Below, in pieces: positions 15,724-23,239 of a stretch of 24,000 nt of DNA. The DNA is from Lactobacillus phage Lbab1. Below the pieces are notes generated by a model. That model was not told the DNA's origin, did not search any database, and saw nothing but the letters and a program-made list of their open reading frames with translations. The position numbers and the translations under genes were made by a program. Each line of letters opens with the position of its first letter. The first letter of the stretch is position 1. The stretch lies in the sequence record MT758689.1. One strand, written 5' to 3'.

Positions 15724-15830
15724 TGTTGCCGGTAGGACTCGAACCTACAAGGTGTGCACTCGGGTCTCTCTAATGCGGTTTAAACCTATCACCTACGCAT
15801 CCTAGCGTCTTCCAATTCCGCCACGGCAAC
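15724..15830 (-). tRNA. oversized tRNA-Leu-like gene (107 nt), possible UAA anticodon
   Basis: Acceptor GTTGCCG/CGGCAAC, discriminator A, Leu-type D-arm GCGGAATTGGAAGACGC, T-arm GTAGG TTCGAGT CCTAC; ATGCG...CGCAT anticodon stem around an 18-nt loop ending in TTTAAAC. Confidence 0.65.
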
Positions 15831-15839
15831 ATATTATAC

Positions 15840-16429
15840 CCTTGCTCCCTAAAAACTAAACCCGATCCGTCTTTTACTCCTACCACATTGTTGCTACCAT
15901 TATTAGGCTACCCACCCATTTAGTCCGTGCTATAAGGAGCTACCTTATAACAACTAAATGCTTTTTAATCATGAGGGCGTACTTTATAGTACCCAAATTT
16001 CAGTCTGCATTCGATTTGTAATTATTCTAATATTGCATATTCAAATTGTTAGCCTTGACCTACTTTTACTAGCTTCTGGTTTTATGATGGTAACCTTTCA
16101 ATTACCAAACGGTGCCTTCCGCTTTTCATAGCTAAGATGATTACAGCCTACCAATGTTTCCCCAAGCGCTACCACAGGGGCTTATTGGCTTATTCCCAAC
16201 TGGGCGTCTATTACTCATCCAACCAGTTCTATGCCTTATGCCACAACAACTAGCACTGCCTACAACTTGACTGCTTTTACAGTCTTCCTATACGTTACCG
16301 TATATTCTGATATAATATCACAAGTATCCTTATGAAATTACTCGCTTTTAATTAGCATAGGTATCCCTGACGGCGGAGCAACCACCTTATACACAGGGTT
16401 GAATCGGATTCAGTTTTCAAGGAGCAAGG
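15840..16429 (-). ncRNA. about 590-nt ornate structured ncRNA, ROOL/GOLLD-like architecture
   Basis: Ends pair over 29 contiguous positions (16429-16401 with 15868-15840), and a strong promoter lies just upstream. Internal hairpins include TATACG GTAA CGTATA, nested CCCTG...CAGGG around GGTGG...CCGCC, TGGTAA...TTACCA, TATAAGG...CCTTATA and CCAAT...ATTGG around CCCC...GGGG. No ORF; tRNA immediately downstream. Confidence 0.75.
16411..16426 (-). promoter_or_regulatory. boxA-like antitermination element
   Basis: - strand TGCTCCTTGAAAACTG, very close to the Firmicutes rrn boxA/leader sequence (TGTTCTTTGAAAACT type), just after the promoter. Confidence 0.55.
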
Positions 16430-16444
16430 TTTTACTATATCTTT

Positions 16445-16473
16445 ATTATAGCACACTTTTACTTTTAATACAA
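16445..16473 (-). promoter_or_regulatory. extended -10 promoter driving the ncRNA/tRNA block
   Basis: - strand TTGTAT, 17 nt, TGC-TATAAT. Confidence 0.8.
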
Positions 16474-16510
16474 GCAATTGGCAAAAGCATTATAAGCATA
16501 TTTGCCAATA

Positions 16511-16582
16511 TGTTTCCATCCGGACTCGAACCGGAATTAACGGTTTAGGAAACCGGTAAACTATCCATTGTTCTATGGAAAC
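16511..16582 (-). tRNA. tRNA-Arg (anticodon CCU)
   Basis: GTTTCCA/TGGAAAC acceptor, loop TTCCTAA, T-arm TCCGG TTCGAGT CCGGA, discriminator A; 72 nt. Confidence 0.85.
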
Positions 16583-16596
16583 ATTAGTAAGTAATA

Positions 16597-17079
16597 CTAA
16601 ATCTGGTACTCTTTTCTTATAGCATCAAGATCCATATAGCTTTCCCTACCATTTTCATAGGCCTGCTTCCAACAATTATCTTCATGGCATCTATTAATTA
16701 GTCCAAAGTCATTTACAGCGTTTATTTGACCCAATAGGTCATTAACGAACCCCATAACTTCTATCTCTGAACTTTCTTTAGGGGTATATCCCTTCCACTT
16801 ATCTTTACTGTAGAAGTTCTCTTTTTGCTTTTTAAGAACATCTGTATCAACAGGCCCATACATAAGTGCCTTAAAATTTCCCTTAAATAGGGACTCTGGG
16901 TAATCCTCTTTTGAAATATCTAGGCCACCCTTACTTAATAAGCTTCCATAAGTTCCTGCATAGTAAGCCCAAAGGAAGTACAAACTTTTCTGTACCTTAA
17001 GCATAGTAGGATTATCAAGCTTGCTATAAATGTGAAATACCAATATATCTTTATCTTTAAATACCACCTGATGATCCAT
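16597..17079 (-). CDS. Panacea/SocA-like (DUF4065-type) domain protein
   Basis: NPTMLKVQKSLYFLWAYYAGTYGSL ... FKALMYGPVDTDVLK resembles the LQKLLYF...YGPV pattern of the family. Confidence 0.55.
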   Translation of the reverse strand: MDHQVVFKDKDILVFHIYSKLDNPTMLKVQKSLYFLWAYYAGTYGSLLSKGGLDISKEDYPESLFKGNFKALMYGPVDTDVLKKQKENFYSKDKWKGYTPKESSEIEVMGFVNDLLGQINAVNDFGLINRCHEDNCWKQAYENGRESYMDLDAIRKEYQI

Positions 17080-17085
17080 TTAAAA

Positions 17086-17373
17086 TTACCCTCCTACAAT
17101 ATCTTGAACTTTGCACCCAATAATTTTAGCAACATACTTAGCGGATATTCCGCCATCTTGTCCATTGTGAACCCCTGGCTCGTATCCACCGCCAAGAGCA
17201 TTTACTGTAGACCACCCAAACATAAAAGCTTGCCTTAGAAGTCTAACGTATGCTTGACGAGTTCTTTTACTTTTATTATAGGGGGAATCTCTCATCATCT
17301 TAGCAACATCATATATTTCTAAATTGTGATCTTCTAAGTACTGATTAAACTTATTAGGGCAAATAATAGCCAT
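17086..17373 (-). CDS. small, possibly HTH-containing protein, 95 aa
   Basis: ORF immediately upstream of the Panacea-like gene; YDVAKMMRDSPYNKS...SAKYVAKIIGCKVQDIVGG. Confidence 0.65.
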   Translation of the reverse strand: MAIICPNKFNQYLEDHNLEIYDVAKMMRDSPYNKSKRTRQAYVRLLRQAFMFGWSTVNALGGGYEPGVHNGQDGGISAKYVAKIIGCKVQDIVGG

Positions 17374-17409
17374 GCTTTATCTCCTTTCACTTATTTTTTC
17401 ATACACAAT

Positions 17410-17482
17410 GTTCCCACCCAGACTCGAACTGGGAGTCTCTGCTTAGAGGGCAGATGTTACTATCCAATTGAACTATGGGAAC
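17410..17482 (-). tRNA. tRNA-Arg-like (anticodon UCU) with non-canonical C33
   Basis: GTTCCCA/TGGGAAC acceptor, anticodon arm TCTGC CCTCTAA GCAGA, T-arm CCCAG TTCGAGT CTGGG. Confidence 0.8.
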
Positions 17483-17493
17483 CTTATGAACAT

Positions 17494-17522
17494 ATAATAT
17501 TACTTTTTTAAGCGCTTGTCAA
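17494..17522 (-). promoter_or_regulatory. promoter for tRNA and downstream genes
   Basis: - strand TTGACA, 17 nt, TATTAT. Confidence 0.7.
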
Positions 17523-17685
17523 GATTTTTATTTTTTAATTCATTTAAAATATCATCCTCAACAATCTTTGCTTGATCTCGATAGCCAAGGCCATGAATGA
17601 GGTCATCCAGTATCTTGTCTGAAAACATTTGTTTTACTTGCTTATCTGTATATTCCTTAATTGGTTCCCTTTTTAATGGCATCAT
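17500..17685 (-). CDS. small basic protein, 61 aa
   Basis: ORF starts with overlap to the upstream small ORF (GATGATG). Confidence 0.6.
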   Translation of the reverse strand: MMPLKREPIKEYTDKQVKQMFSDKILDDLIHGLGYRDQAKIVEDDILNELKNKNLDKRLKK

Positions 17686-17822
17686 CTACCCCCTAATGAA
17701 GATTTCTTTACCATCCCCATTTGCTTAGCCATAGCATAAATCTCATCGTTTGTGAATAATTGTTTAAACATTTCTTCTGTAACTACTGGCATTTGCTTAT
17801 CAGCCTCCTGCTTAGTTAGCAT
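17682..17822 (-). CDS. small protein, 46 aa (MLTKQEADKQMPVVTEEMFKQLFTNDEIYAMAKQMGMVKKSSLGGR)
   Basis: Not in the ORF track; GAAGGAAAAATTTT-ATG start, stop overlapping the next start. Confidence 0.55.
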   Translation of the reverse strand: MLTKQEADKQMPVVTEEMFKQLFTNDEIYAMAKQMGMVKKSSLGGR

Positions 17823-17834
17823 AAAATTTTTCCT

Positions 17835-18272
17835 TCAAGAGAACCCCCACTTTTTGTTCTCATAGTAATTATATAATTCTAAAGTTGAATCATCTTGACG
17901 CCTACGCCACTCTTCATAAGTCATGTAGTTTGGCACCATGCTATCTGAAGGCATTTTACCAGCCACCAAATATTTCTCAAACTTGCTAACTGGGCATTCC
18001 CAAACGTGCTTATTTTCTACACCAGTTTCATAGTTCGTATAAAGAACTACTACATAGGGTTCCTTAGAGCCTTTATACTCATTCGTATCCTCAGGCCTCA
18101 TTATTTCCATACTGTAAACATCTGTTGGTCCAAAAGCTGTACTTATACCATTACCGTCATACTGCGACATAACATCCTTAACATATAAATTCATGAACTT
18201 GTCATTATCAAGATTTTTGCGCAAGTAGTCCGACATTTGTAGCTCAGTATTATGTTCATAAGTATCTTTCAT
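17835..18272 (-). CDS. hypothetical protein, 145 aa
   Basis: ORF. Confidence 0.75.
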   Translation of the reverse strand: MKDTYEHNTELQMSDYLRKNLDNDKFMNLYVKDVMSQYDGNGISTAFGPTDVYSMEIMRPEDTNEYKGSKEPYVVVLYTNYETGVENKHVWECPVSKFEKYLVAGKMPSDSMVPNYMTYEEWRRRQDDSTLELYNYYENKKWGFS

Positions 18273-18306
18273 TTTATAAATTTTCTTCCCTTCCCATTTA
18301 TTATAA

Positions 18307-18393
18307 TAGTCCCGGTGGGAATCGGACCCACTTAACCCTCTTATCAGGAGTACGGGTTATAAACCCGGTGCACTGCCATAGTGCTACAGGACT
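18307..18393 (-). tRNA. type II (long variable arm) tRNA-like gene, apparent anticodon UAU
   Basis: Acceptor AGTCCTG/CGGGACT, D-arm GCAC TATGGCA GTGC, anticodon loop TTTATAA, long variable region, T-arm GTGGG TCCGATT CCCAC; 87 nt. Confidence 0.7.
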
Positions 18394-18425
18394 ATGATAG
18401 TAACCTCATCGGCTACTATAGTTTA

Positions 18426-18454
18426 ATGCTAACACAAATTTTCTAAAATGTCAA
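18426..18454 (-). promoter_or_regulatory. promoter for tRNA 18307..18393
   Basis: - strand TTGACA, 17 nt, TAGCAT. Confidence 0.55.
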
Positions 18455-18473
18455 GGGATACTTTGTAATTTTG

Positions 18474-18746
18474 CTAACCGACAAAACTCACAACTACATG
18501 ATCTGTTCCCTTGTCTCTAGAAGAATTTAAGATGTGCGTAGCAACCCCATAAACATCTTCTGGGTTGATAAACGGCTTGCGCAACTGATAAGGATCACCA
18601 ATAATGCTTCCCTTTAAGTCGGATAAGGAAATAGTGTTTGACCCAGAGTCATATTTCCAACTACAGATACGGCGGAAGCACTTTTCGCTTTCCCGACCCT
18701 GATATTCAAGATACTGCAACATTCCATAATTCTTTTTGTTTTCCAT
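18474..18746 (-). CDS. hypothetical protein, 90 aa
   Basis: ORF with AAGGGAGC RBS and promoter upstream. Confidence 0.7.
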   Translation of the reverse strand: MENKKNYGMLQYLEYQGRESEKCFRRICSWKYDSGSNTISLSDLKGSIIGDPYQLRKPFINPEDVYGVATHILNSSRDKGTDHVVVSFVG

Positions 18747-18791
18747 CTTTAAGCTCCCTTATCTTTTTCCTTTTCTATTCCAACAAAGCTA

Positions 18792-18820
18792 AGTGTACCA
18801 TGTGTTGCTTAAAATGTCAA
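18792..18820 (-). promoter_or_regulatory. sigma-A-type promoter
   Basis: - strand TTGACA, 17 nt, TACACT. Confidence 0.7.
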
Positions 18821-18834
18821 CACTTTTTGAGTGC

Positions 18835-19944
18835 TTAATCTAAATCTTCAAACTTAAAATTAGAACTTTGCTTGGCCTTAATCTCTACATGATCTAATCC
18901 GTCAACATCAAAGCCATGCTTAATGCTTTTGCTTAAGGTGTCACCTATTTCTCCTAATTCAGCCTTATCTCCGCTGACAATCATAGTTTCATTATCAGCA
19001 GATAAATCATGAGATTTAAATTTCAAGTTAAATTGACCAGCATTAACTTCAACATTTTTCTCAAATAAGTTCGTACTTACATAAGGCTCTGTATAGGAAT
19101 AGCCATTTTTGAAAACAAGCTTAATCGAGTAGGAACGCCGACCAATATTCATGATATTAAGATCATTAATAATATTCTTAAATTTGAAACCAGAGTTTAA
19201 CTGAAAAACAATTGCATCCAAAGTATCATAGTTCAATGGAACCCTAAAGCTGAACTTTACAATAGTACCAATTTGATCCTTTGCCTTTTTGGACAAGTTA
19301 TCCTGCAAGTATTCTTTTATTTCCTCTGTTGAAGGATATTCCAAGCGAATTGAATACATGAATCTCCCAGGCCGGTTCAAAAAGTACTCGGATAAGTCAA
19401 AAAGATTATTAACCGTAATAACATATAAGTGTTTCTGTTCGGAAACTCCATCAAACACACTTAGCATAGAAGACTGTTTTTCCATTTCGATATCAGAATT
19501 ATCCACTGATGTAGCACTAAAGTTCTTTTCAAATTCATCAAAAAGGATCATTGAATCCTGTTTAATATTGGATAAGAAAGCACCAATTCCCTTATACCCT
19601 TTATTAGCTAAGATAACAGGCATTCCTGCTTCCTGTGCCTTTTGTGCTAAAAGCTTTGCAAATAATGTTTTACCAAGCCCCTTATCCCCGGACAAAAGGA
19701 CACCAATACTTTTCTTTGACTTTTTATATGCTTCTAGAATCTGTGATGTTTTTTCATCAAAGTTACCATATACTTTCCCAGATATAGGGTTAAACTTATC
19801 TGATTCTTTAAGAAAGAACCCGATTCCAAATGGGGGCTTCTCATAGCCAATTTCATAGTTATGCTTCTTAGCAGGAAGCTTAGTAAATGTTGATACAGCG
19901 TCCCCATAAATTACGTATTTTTCGCCATTTTTAATGATTTGCAA
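18835..19944 (-). CDS. AAA+ ATPase; TTG start preferred (track ORF starts at 20025)
   Basis: Walker A GDKGLGKTLFAKLL, Walker B SMILFDEFEKNF, NRPGRF arginine-finger-like segment; TATAGGAG RBS upstream of TTG at 19944. Confidence 0.85.
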   Translation of the reverse strand: MQIIKNGEKYVIYGDAVSTFTKLPAKKHNYEIGYEKPPFGIGFFLKESDKFNPISGKVYGNFDEKTSQILEAYKKSKKSIGVLLSGDKGLGKTLFAKLLAQKAQEAGMPVILANKGYKGIGAFLSNIKQDSMILFDEFEKNFSATSVDNSDIEMEKQSSMLSVFDGVSEQKHLYVITVNNLFDLSEYFLNRPGRFMYSIRLEYPSTEEIKEYLQDNLSKKAKDQIGTIVKFSFRVPLNYDTLDAIVFQLNSGFKFKNIINDLNIMNIGRRSYSIKLVFKNGYSYTEPYVSTNLFEKNVEVNAGQFNLKFKSHDLSADNETMIVSGDKAELGEIGDTLSKSIKHGFDVDGLDHVEIKAKQSSNFKFEDLD

Positions 19945-19954
19945 TTTTATTCTC

Positions 19955-20440
19955 CTATATAGTGTAAGATCTGCCAGGATTTTTAAAAAACCCGTTTCCT
20001 CTCGTTCCGTTTTTCTTCCTAGCACTTAAAATTTTATAAATTTCCATAACAGAGTATGCTTTAGTCCCTCTATACAAAGATCTTTGATGTGCTAGTATAG
20101 ATTCCGAAGAATGTGGAAGGATCCCATCTATAGGGCTTTTAGGTAATAAGCGCCAAATAATATCCTTTAAATATATTGCATCTTCTTTTGAATACAGATA
20201 CTCATAAATATCGTTCCTTTGGGGGGCAAACATTGTACTATTAAACGGCAACTCTCCATCTTTAACCGCATGTGTAAAATACATAAGCCTTGTCCTGTAG
20301 TTGTCTGAATATGTTGCTGCTAGGAAGACATTTCTGCTTATGTCTATGTCCTTTATCATCCAATCATATTTATGAGGATCATACATAGTTTTATTAGAAT
20401 CAATATTCCCTTGATTAGTTCTTCCTGATAGGTATGCCAT
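19955..20440 (-). CDS. hypothetical protein, 161 aa
   Basis: ORF with GGGAGG RBS-like sequence. Confidence 0.75.
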   Translation of the reverse strand: MAYLSGRTNQGNIDSNKTMYDPHKYDWMIKDIDISRNVFLAATYSDNYRTRLMYFTHAVKDGELPFNSTMFAPQRNDIYEYLYSKEDAIYLKDIIWRLLPKSPIDGILPHSSESILAHQRSLYRGTKAYSVMEIYKILSARKKNGTRGNGFFKNPGRSYTI

Positions 20441-20462
20441 AGCGTGCCTCCCTTCATGTTTA

Positions 20463-20535
20463 TGCTTCCTACCGGGTTTGAACCAGTCACCCTCTGCTTA
20501 CAAAACAGATGCTCTACCTAATGAGCTAAGAAAGC
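20463..20535 (-). tRNA. tRNA-Thr (anticodon UGU)
   Basis: GCTTTCT/AGGAAGC, anticodon arm TCTGT TTTGTAA GCAGA, T-arm CTGG TTCAAAC CCGG; 73 nt. Confidence 0.9.
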
Positions 20536-20695
20536 AATATGAGCTTTTCTTTCAGCAATCTTACTTGCCTAATCTGTACGAGGTATAGCTCTAACCCTAT
20601 TGAAGATCTCCACTAGTAAACGTCACAGCCAATTTGTTAGCTTCATCGACCACCATCCGCATCGTAGTGCAGACAGTTTGTAATTACAATTACAA

Positions 20696-20769
20696 TGGAC
20701 GGTAATGGATTTGAACCACTGACACATGCAGCTTTACTGCATTGCTCTACCTAGCTGAGCTAACCGCCC
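20696..20769 (-). tRNA. tRNA with apparent AAA anticodon (Phe?)
   Basis: GGGCGGT/ACCGTCC, D-arm GCTC...GAGC, anticodon arm ATGCA GTAAAGC TGCAT, T-arm CAGTGGTTCAAATCCATTA; 74 nt. Confidence 0.75.
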
Positions 20770-20895
20770 CTAAAGCGCCACCATTTTGTAGCTTCCAGCG
20801 GGCGCCCTTTCTGAAAGCATCAAGCCATTCTTGTTACTGCAAAAATGTTTTGGCTGAACATGAATCACAGGGTTTTTATATGGTTTTCCTTCCAC
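20770..20895 (-). CDS. possible 41-aa ORF, GTG start, low confidence
   Basis: Open frame between promoter and tRNA; no convincing RBS placement. Confidence 0.25.
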   Translation of the reverse strand: MEGKPYKNPVIHVQPKHFCSNKNGLMLSERAPAGSYKMVAL

Positions 20896-20906
20896 TTACA
20901 AGAACT

Positions 20907-20934
20907 ATTATACCAAATCATGTGTGAATGTCAA
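20907..20934 (-). promoter_or_regulatory. strong promoter upstream of tRNAs
   Basis: - strand TTGACA, 16 nt, TATAAT. Confidence 0.8.
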
Positions 20935-20950
20935 GAGCTTTTTAAAATAC

Positions 20951-21358
20951 TCATTTCCTCCTCTGATATTCATAGCTTTCCTTGACAGCTCTAAATAAAA
21001 TTTCTTGATATTTTACCTGCACACGTTGATTGTTTTCAATCTGTGTTAGTGATGAGGATCCAATTCCAATAGCATTAGCAAATTCTCTCACTGACATATT
21101 TAATTGATTCCGCAAATTTCTAATCTCATCAGGGGTCATGTACCCTTTACGTTTTCTGTAGGCGTCAAAACCTCTTTTAACGTTTTCCATTGGATTATTG
21201 AAGTCTCCCCACAATTCGCCATCTTTATCCTGCCAGTAGTGATTCATCACTACTAAATCAGATTCATCTTTAACTTTTATGACCTCTGGCTTCCAGACTT
21301 CAACATAATTTTCAGTAGTCTCCAATTCGGGGTTATAGAATTCTTTTATTTTATTCAT
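20951..21358 (-). CDS. HTH (XRE/MqsA C-terminal-like) protein
   Basis: MTPDEIRNLRNQLNMSVREFANAIGIGSSSLTQIENNQRVQ is a typical Xre-family HTH. Confidence 0.75.
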   Translation of the reverse strand: MNKIKEFYNPELETTENYVEVWKPEVIKVKDESDLVVMNHYWQDKDGELWGDFNNPMENVKRGFDAYRKRKGYMTPDEIRNLRNQLNMSVREFANAIGIGSSSLTQIENNQRVQVKYQEILFRAVKESYEYQRRK

Positions 21359-21390
21359 TGCAATGCCCTCTCTTTCTTCTACTAATCAAT

Positions 21391-21419
21391 AGCATACTAC
21401 GTTTTAATTCTAAAGTCAA
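21391..21419 (-). promoter_or_regulatory. promoter for HTH gene
   Basis: - strand TTGACT, 17 nt, TATGCT. Confidence 0.65.
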
Positions 21420-21499
21420 TAAGAAAAATCATACGTTTGCATACTCCTTCTTTTTAACATTGCTAGTAACCCAGGAAAAGTGTACAAGAAATCAAACAA

Positions 21500-23155
21500 T
21501 TACTTAAACAAGATGTACTTAACTCTGTCAACCCAGGAGCTGTTTAGCTTATTATAAATCTTCTTTTCTTGCTTTACAAGTTCGATATACTTAGTTCCCG
21601 CCTCCGGCTGGTTCTTCAACTTTTGAATAGTGGTTTCTCGCACAGGACGATGTGTCTTAACCGGTTGCATATTTTTAAGACCCCTTTTATCCTCTTTTAG
21701 CAAGTCTTTCCAATTGTTAAACCGCTTGTGGATAGCGTGGTCGTAAAGGTAAAGCCCCTTAGTTTTTTGATAGTTGTAGCTGACCTTTGAAAAGTACCCT
21801 GCCATAACTTTAATTCCGCGGTCACGATTATCCTTTTGCTTCTTTTGAACAACTTTTTTAGAGGAAATTGTCTTACTGTTAACATCAGTTTCTTCATGGC
21901 TGTTTAAAAGCTTACTAAGATAATCTACCAAATAATATACTGCTGGGTACTCTTTCATCAAGAAGGCTACATCGCCACTGGATAAATTACCCGCATAGCC
22001 ACTTTCAAGACGTTTTTCAATATTAACATCTTTATAGTTTTCCTCAACAGTCTTTTTAATGGAACCCAAGGTGTCATCTTTGTTAATCACAAAAGACTTC
22101 TTATGATTTCCGCTACCCTTTGTACTTGAATAACGTATAGTTGCGCTACCACGATAAACATTTAGTTGAATGCTAGCTCCCTTTAAAGGAGCCGGAATTG
22201 TAATAGTATAGCGTTTGGTTGACCCTTTATGTGAGTTAATTTTAACAAGTTTAGAAATCTTTTCACGTAGATAAGGCGCACTTTCTGGTGGGATCTGGAC
22301 ATACGGTTCGGTTAAGCTATTGATGCGTAATTCTTTATTATCTTCTACAGGCTTAGTCACTGCTTCTTTTTCCTCCTTGCCTTTTTCTTTGCTAGATGTA
22401 AGATCATATAGTTCCTTTTCCCTGATATAGAAATCTTCACAGTTGTCTAAATTGGAACTATGTATAGTGCTAACAATATAATCCACATTATGCTTAGACT
22501 CTATCGAATCAGGGGTTCCTGGGTCCATTAATTTAAATAGATGTGCAACCTCTTCTGTCTTCTTAAAGGGCTTTTCATTGTAATCATAATGATAAAATTT
22601 ACCGCCCACGTATACATAATACAAGTTATGATAAAGCATGCTTGGTAAACGAACAACCTCTTTTTTTGACGACTTTTCCATAGAAACATTAGGATTCACA
22701 TTCCCAAGCTTTTTTATAATATCTGCTTTCCCTTGCTTACTAATCATAGGGCTTTTAATGCTAGCTGACTTCTTTAGAACTTCTTTTACTAACTCATTTT
22801 CTGCCTGAATATAACTGTTATAAAGGCTTTTATAAATATCCTTAGCAACTGCAAGACGATTCTTAACTTGATCTGTAACGTAACCTGCTTGATTAACGAT
22901 GCCTTTTTTGTTAACAACATAGTTTGCTGCAACATACACATTCTTTGTGATTTCTTTTGGGCGTTTAAAGTTCAAGCTATAAGAAACAGAATCAACCTTA
23001 TACTTGCTTATATGAAACAAATAAGATACACCACAAAGGCTAAGGCTTGCGATCGAAATCGTACCATATTCCTTATTCTGTAAATAATCAACAAACTGTT
23101 TCTTTGTATAAACATTTCCATAGGGTCGATACTTCCAAGATTCATATTTTTCCAA
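21500..23155 (-). CDS. large protein of unknown function, 551 aa
   Basis: Longest ORF in the window; TAAGGAGG RBS; no motif I recognise. Confidence 0.9.
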   Translation of the reverse strand: MEKYESWKYRPYGNVYTKKQFVDYLQNKEYGTISIASLSLCGVSYLFHISKYKVDSVSYSLNFKRPKEITKNVYVAANYVVNKKGIVNQAGYVTDQVKNRLAVAKDIYKSLYNSYIQAENELVKEVLKKSASIKSPMISKQGKADIIKKLGNVNPNVSMEKSSKKEVVRLPSMLYHNLYYVYVGGKFYHYDYNEKPFKKTEEVAHLFKLMDPGTPDSIESKHNVDYIVSTIHSSNLDNCEDFYIREKELYDLTSSKEKGKEEKEAVTKPVEDNKELRINSLTEPYVQIPPESAPYLREKISKLVKINSHKGSTKRYTITIPAPLKGASIQLNVYRGSATIRYSSTKGSGNHKKSFVINKDDTLGSIKKTVEENYKDVNIEKRLESGYAGNLSSGDVAFLMKEYPAVYYLVDYLSKLLNSHEETDVNSKTISSKKVVQKKQKDNRDRGIKVMAGYFSKVSYNYQKTKGLYLYDHAIHKRFNNWKDLLKEDKRGLKNMQPVKTHRPVRETTIQKLKNQPEAGTKYIELVKQEKKIYNKLNSSWVDRVKYILFK

Positions 23156-23239
23156 TATTCTACCTCCTTAAAGTTAAGCTAATCTTACCACGCCTTATAA
23201 AAAATGTCAACAAAAAAGGGGCGTTTGCCCCAATTTTTA

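Noticed and set aside
14530-15830. Group I intron interrupting a tRNA gene
   Set aside because: The tRNA-Leu-like acceptor and T-arms are contiguous within 107 nt, and I could not identify intron core elements around the other tRNA-like fragments.
19289-19846. + strand 185-aa ORF
   Set aside because: Fully antisense to the clearly conserved AAA+ ATPase; composition typical of a shadow ORF.
20540-20690. Extra tRNA between the Thr and AAA-anticodon tRNAs
   Set aside because: No T-arm or acceptor pairing found.
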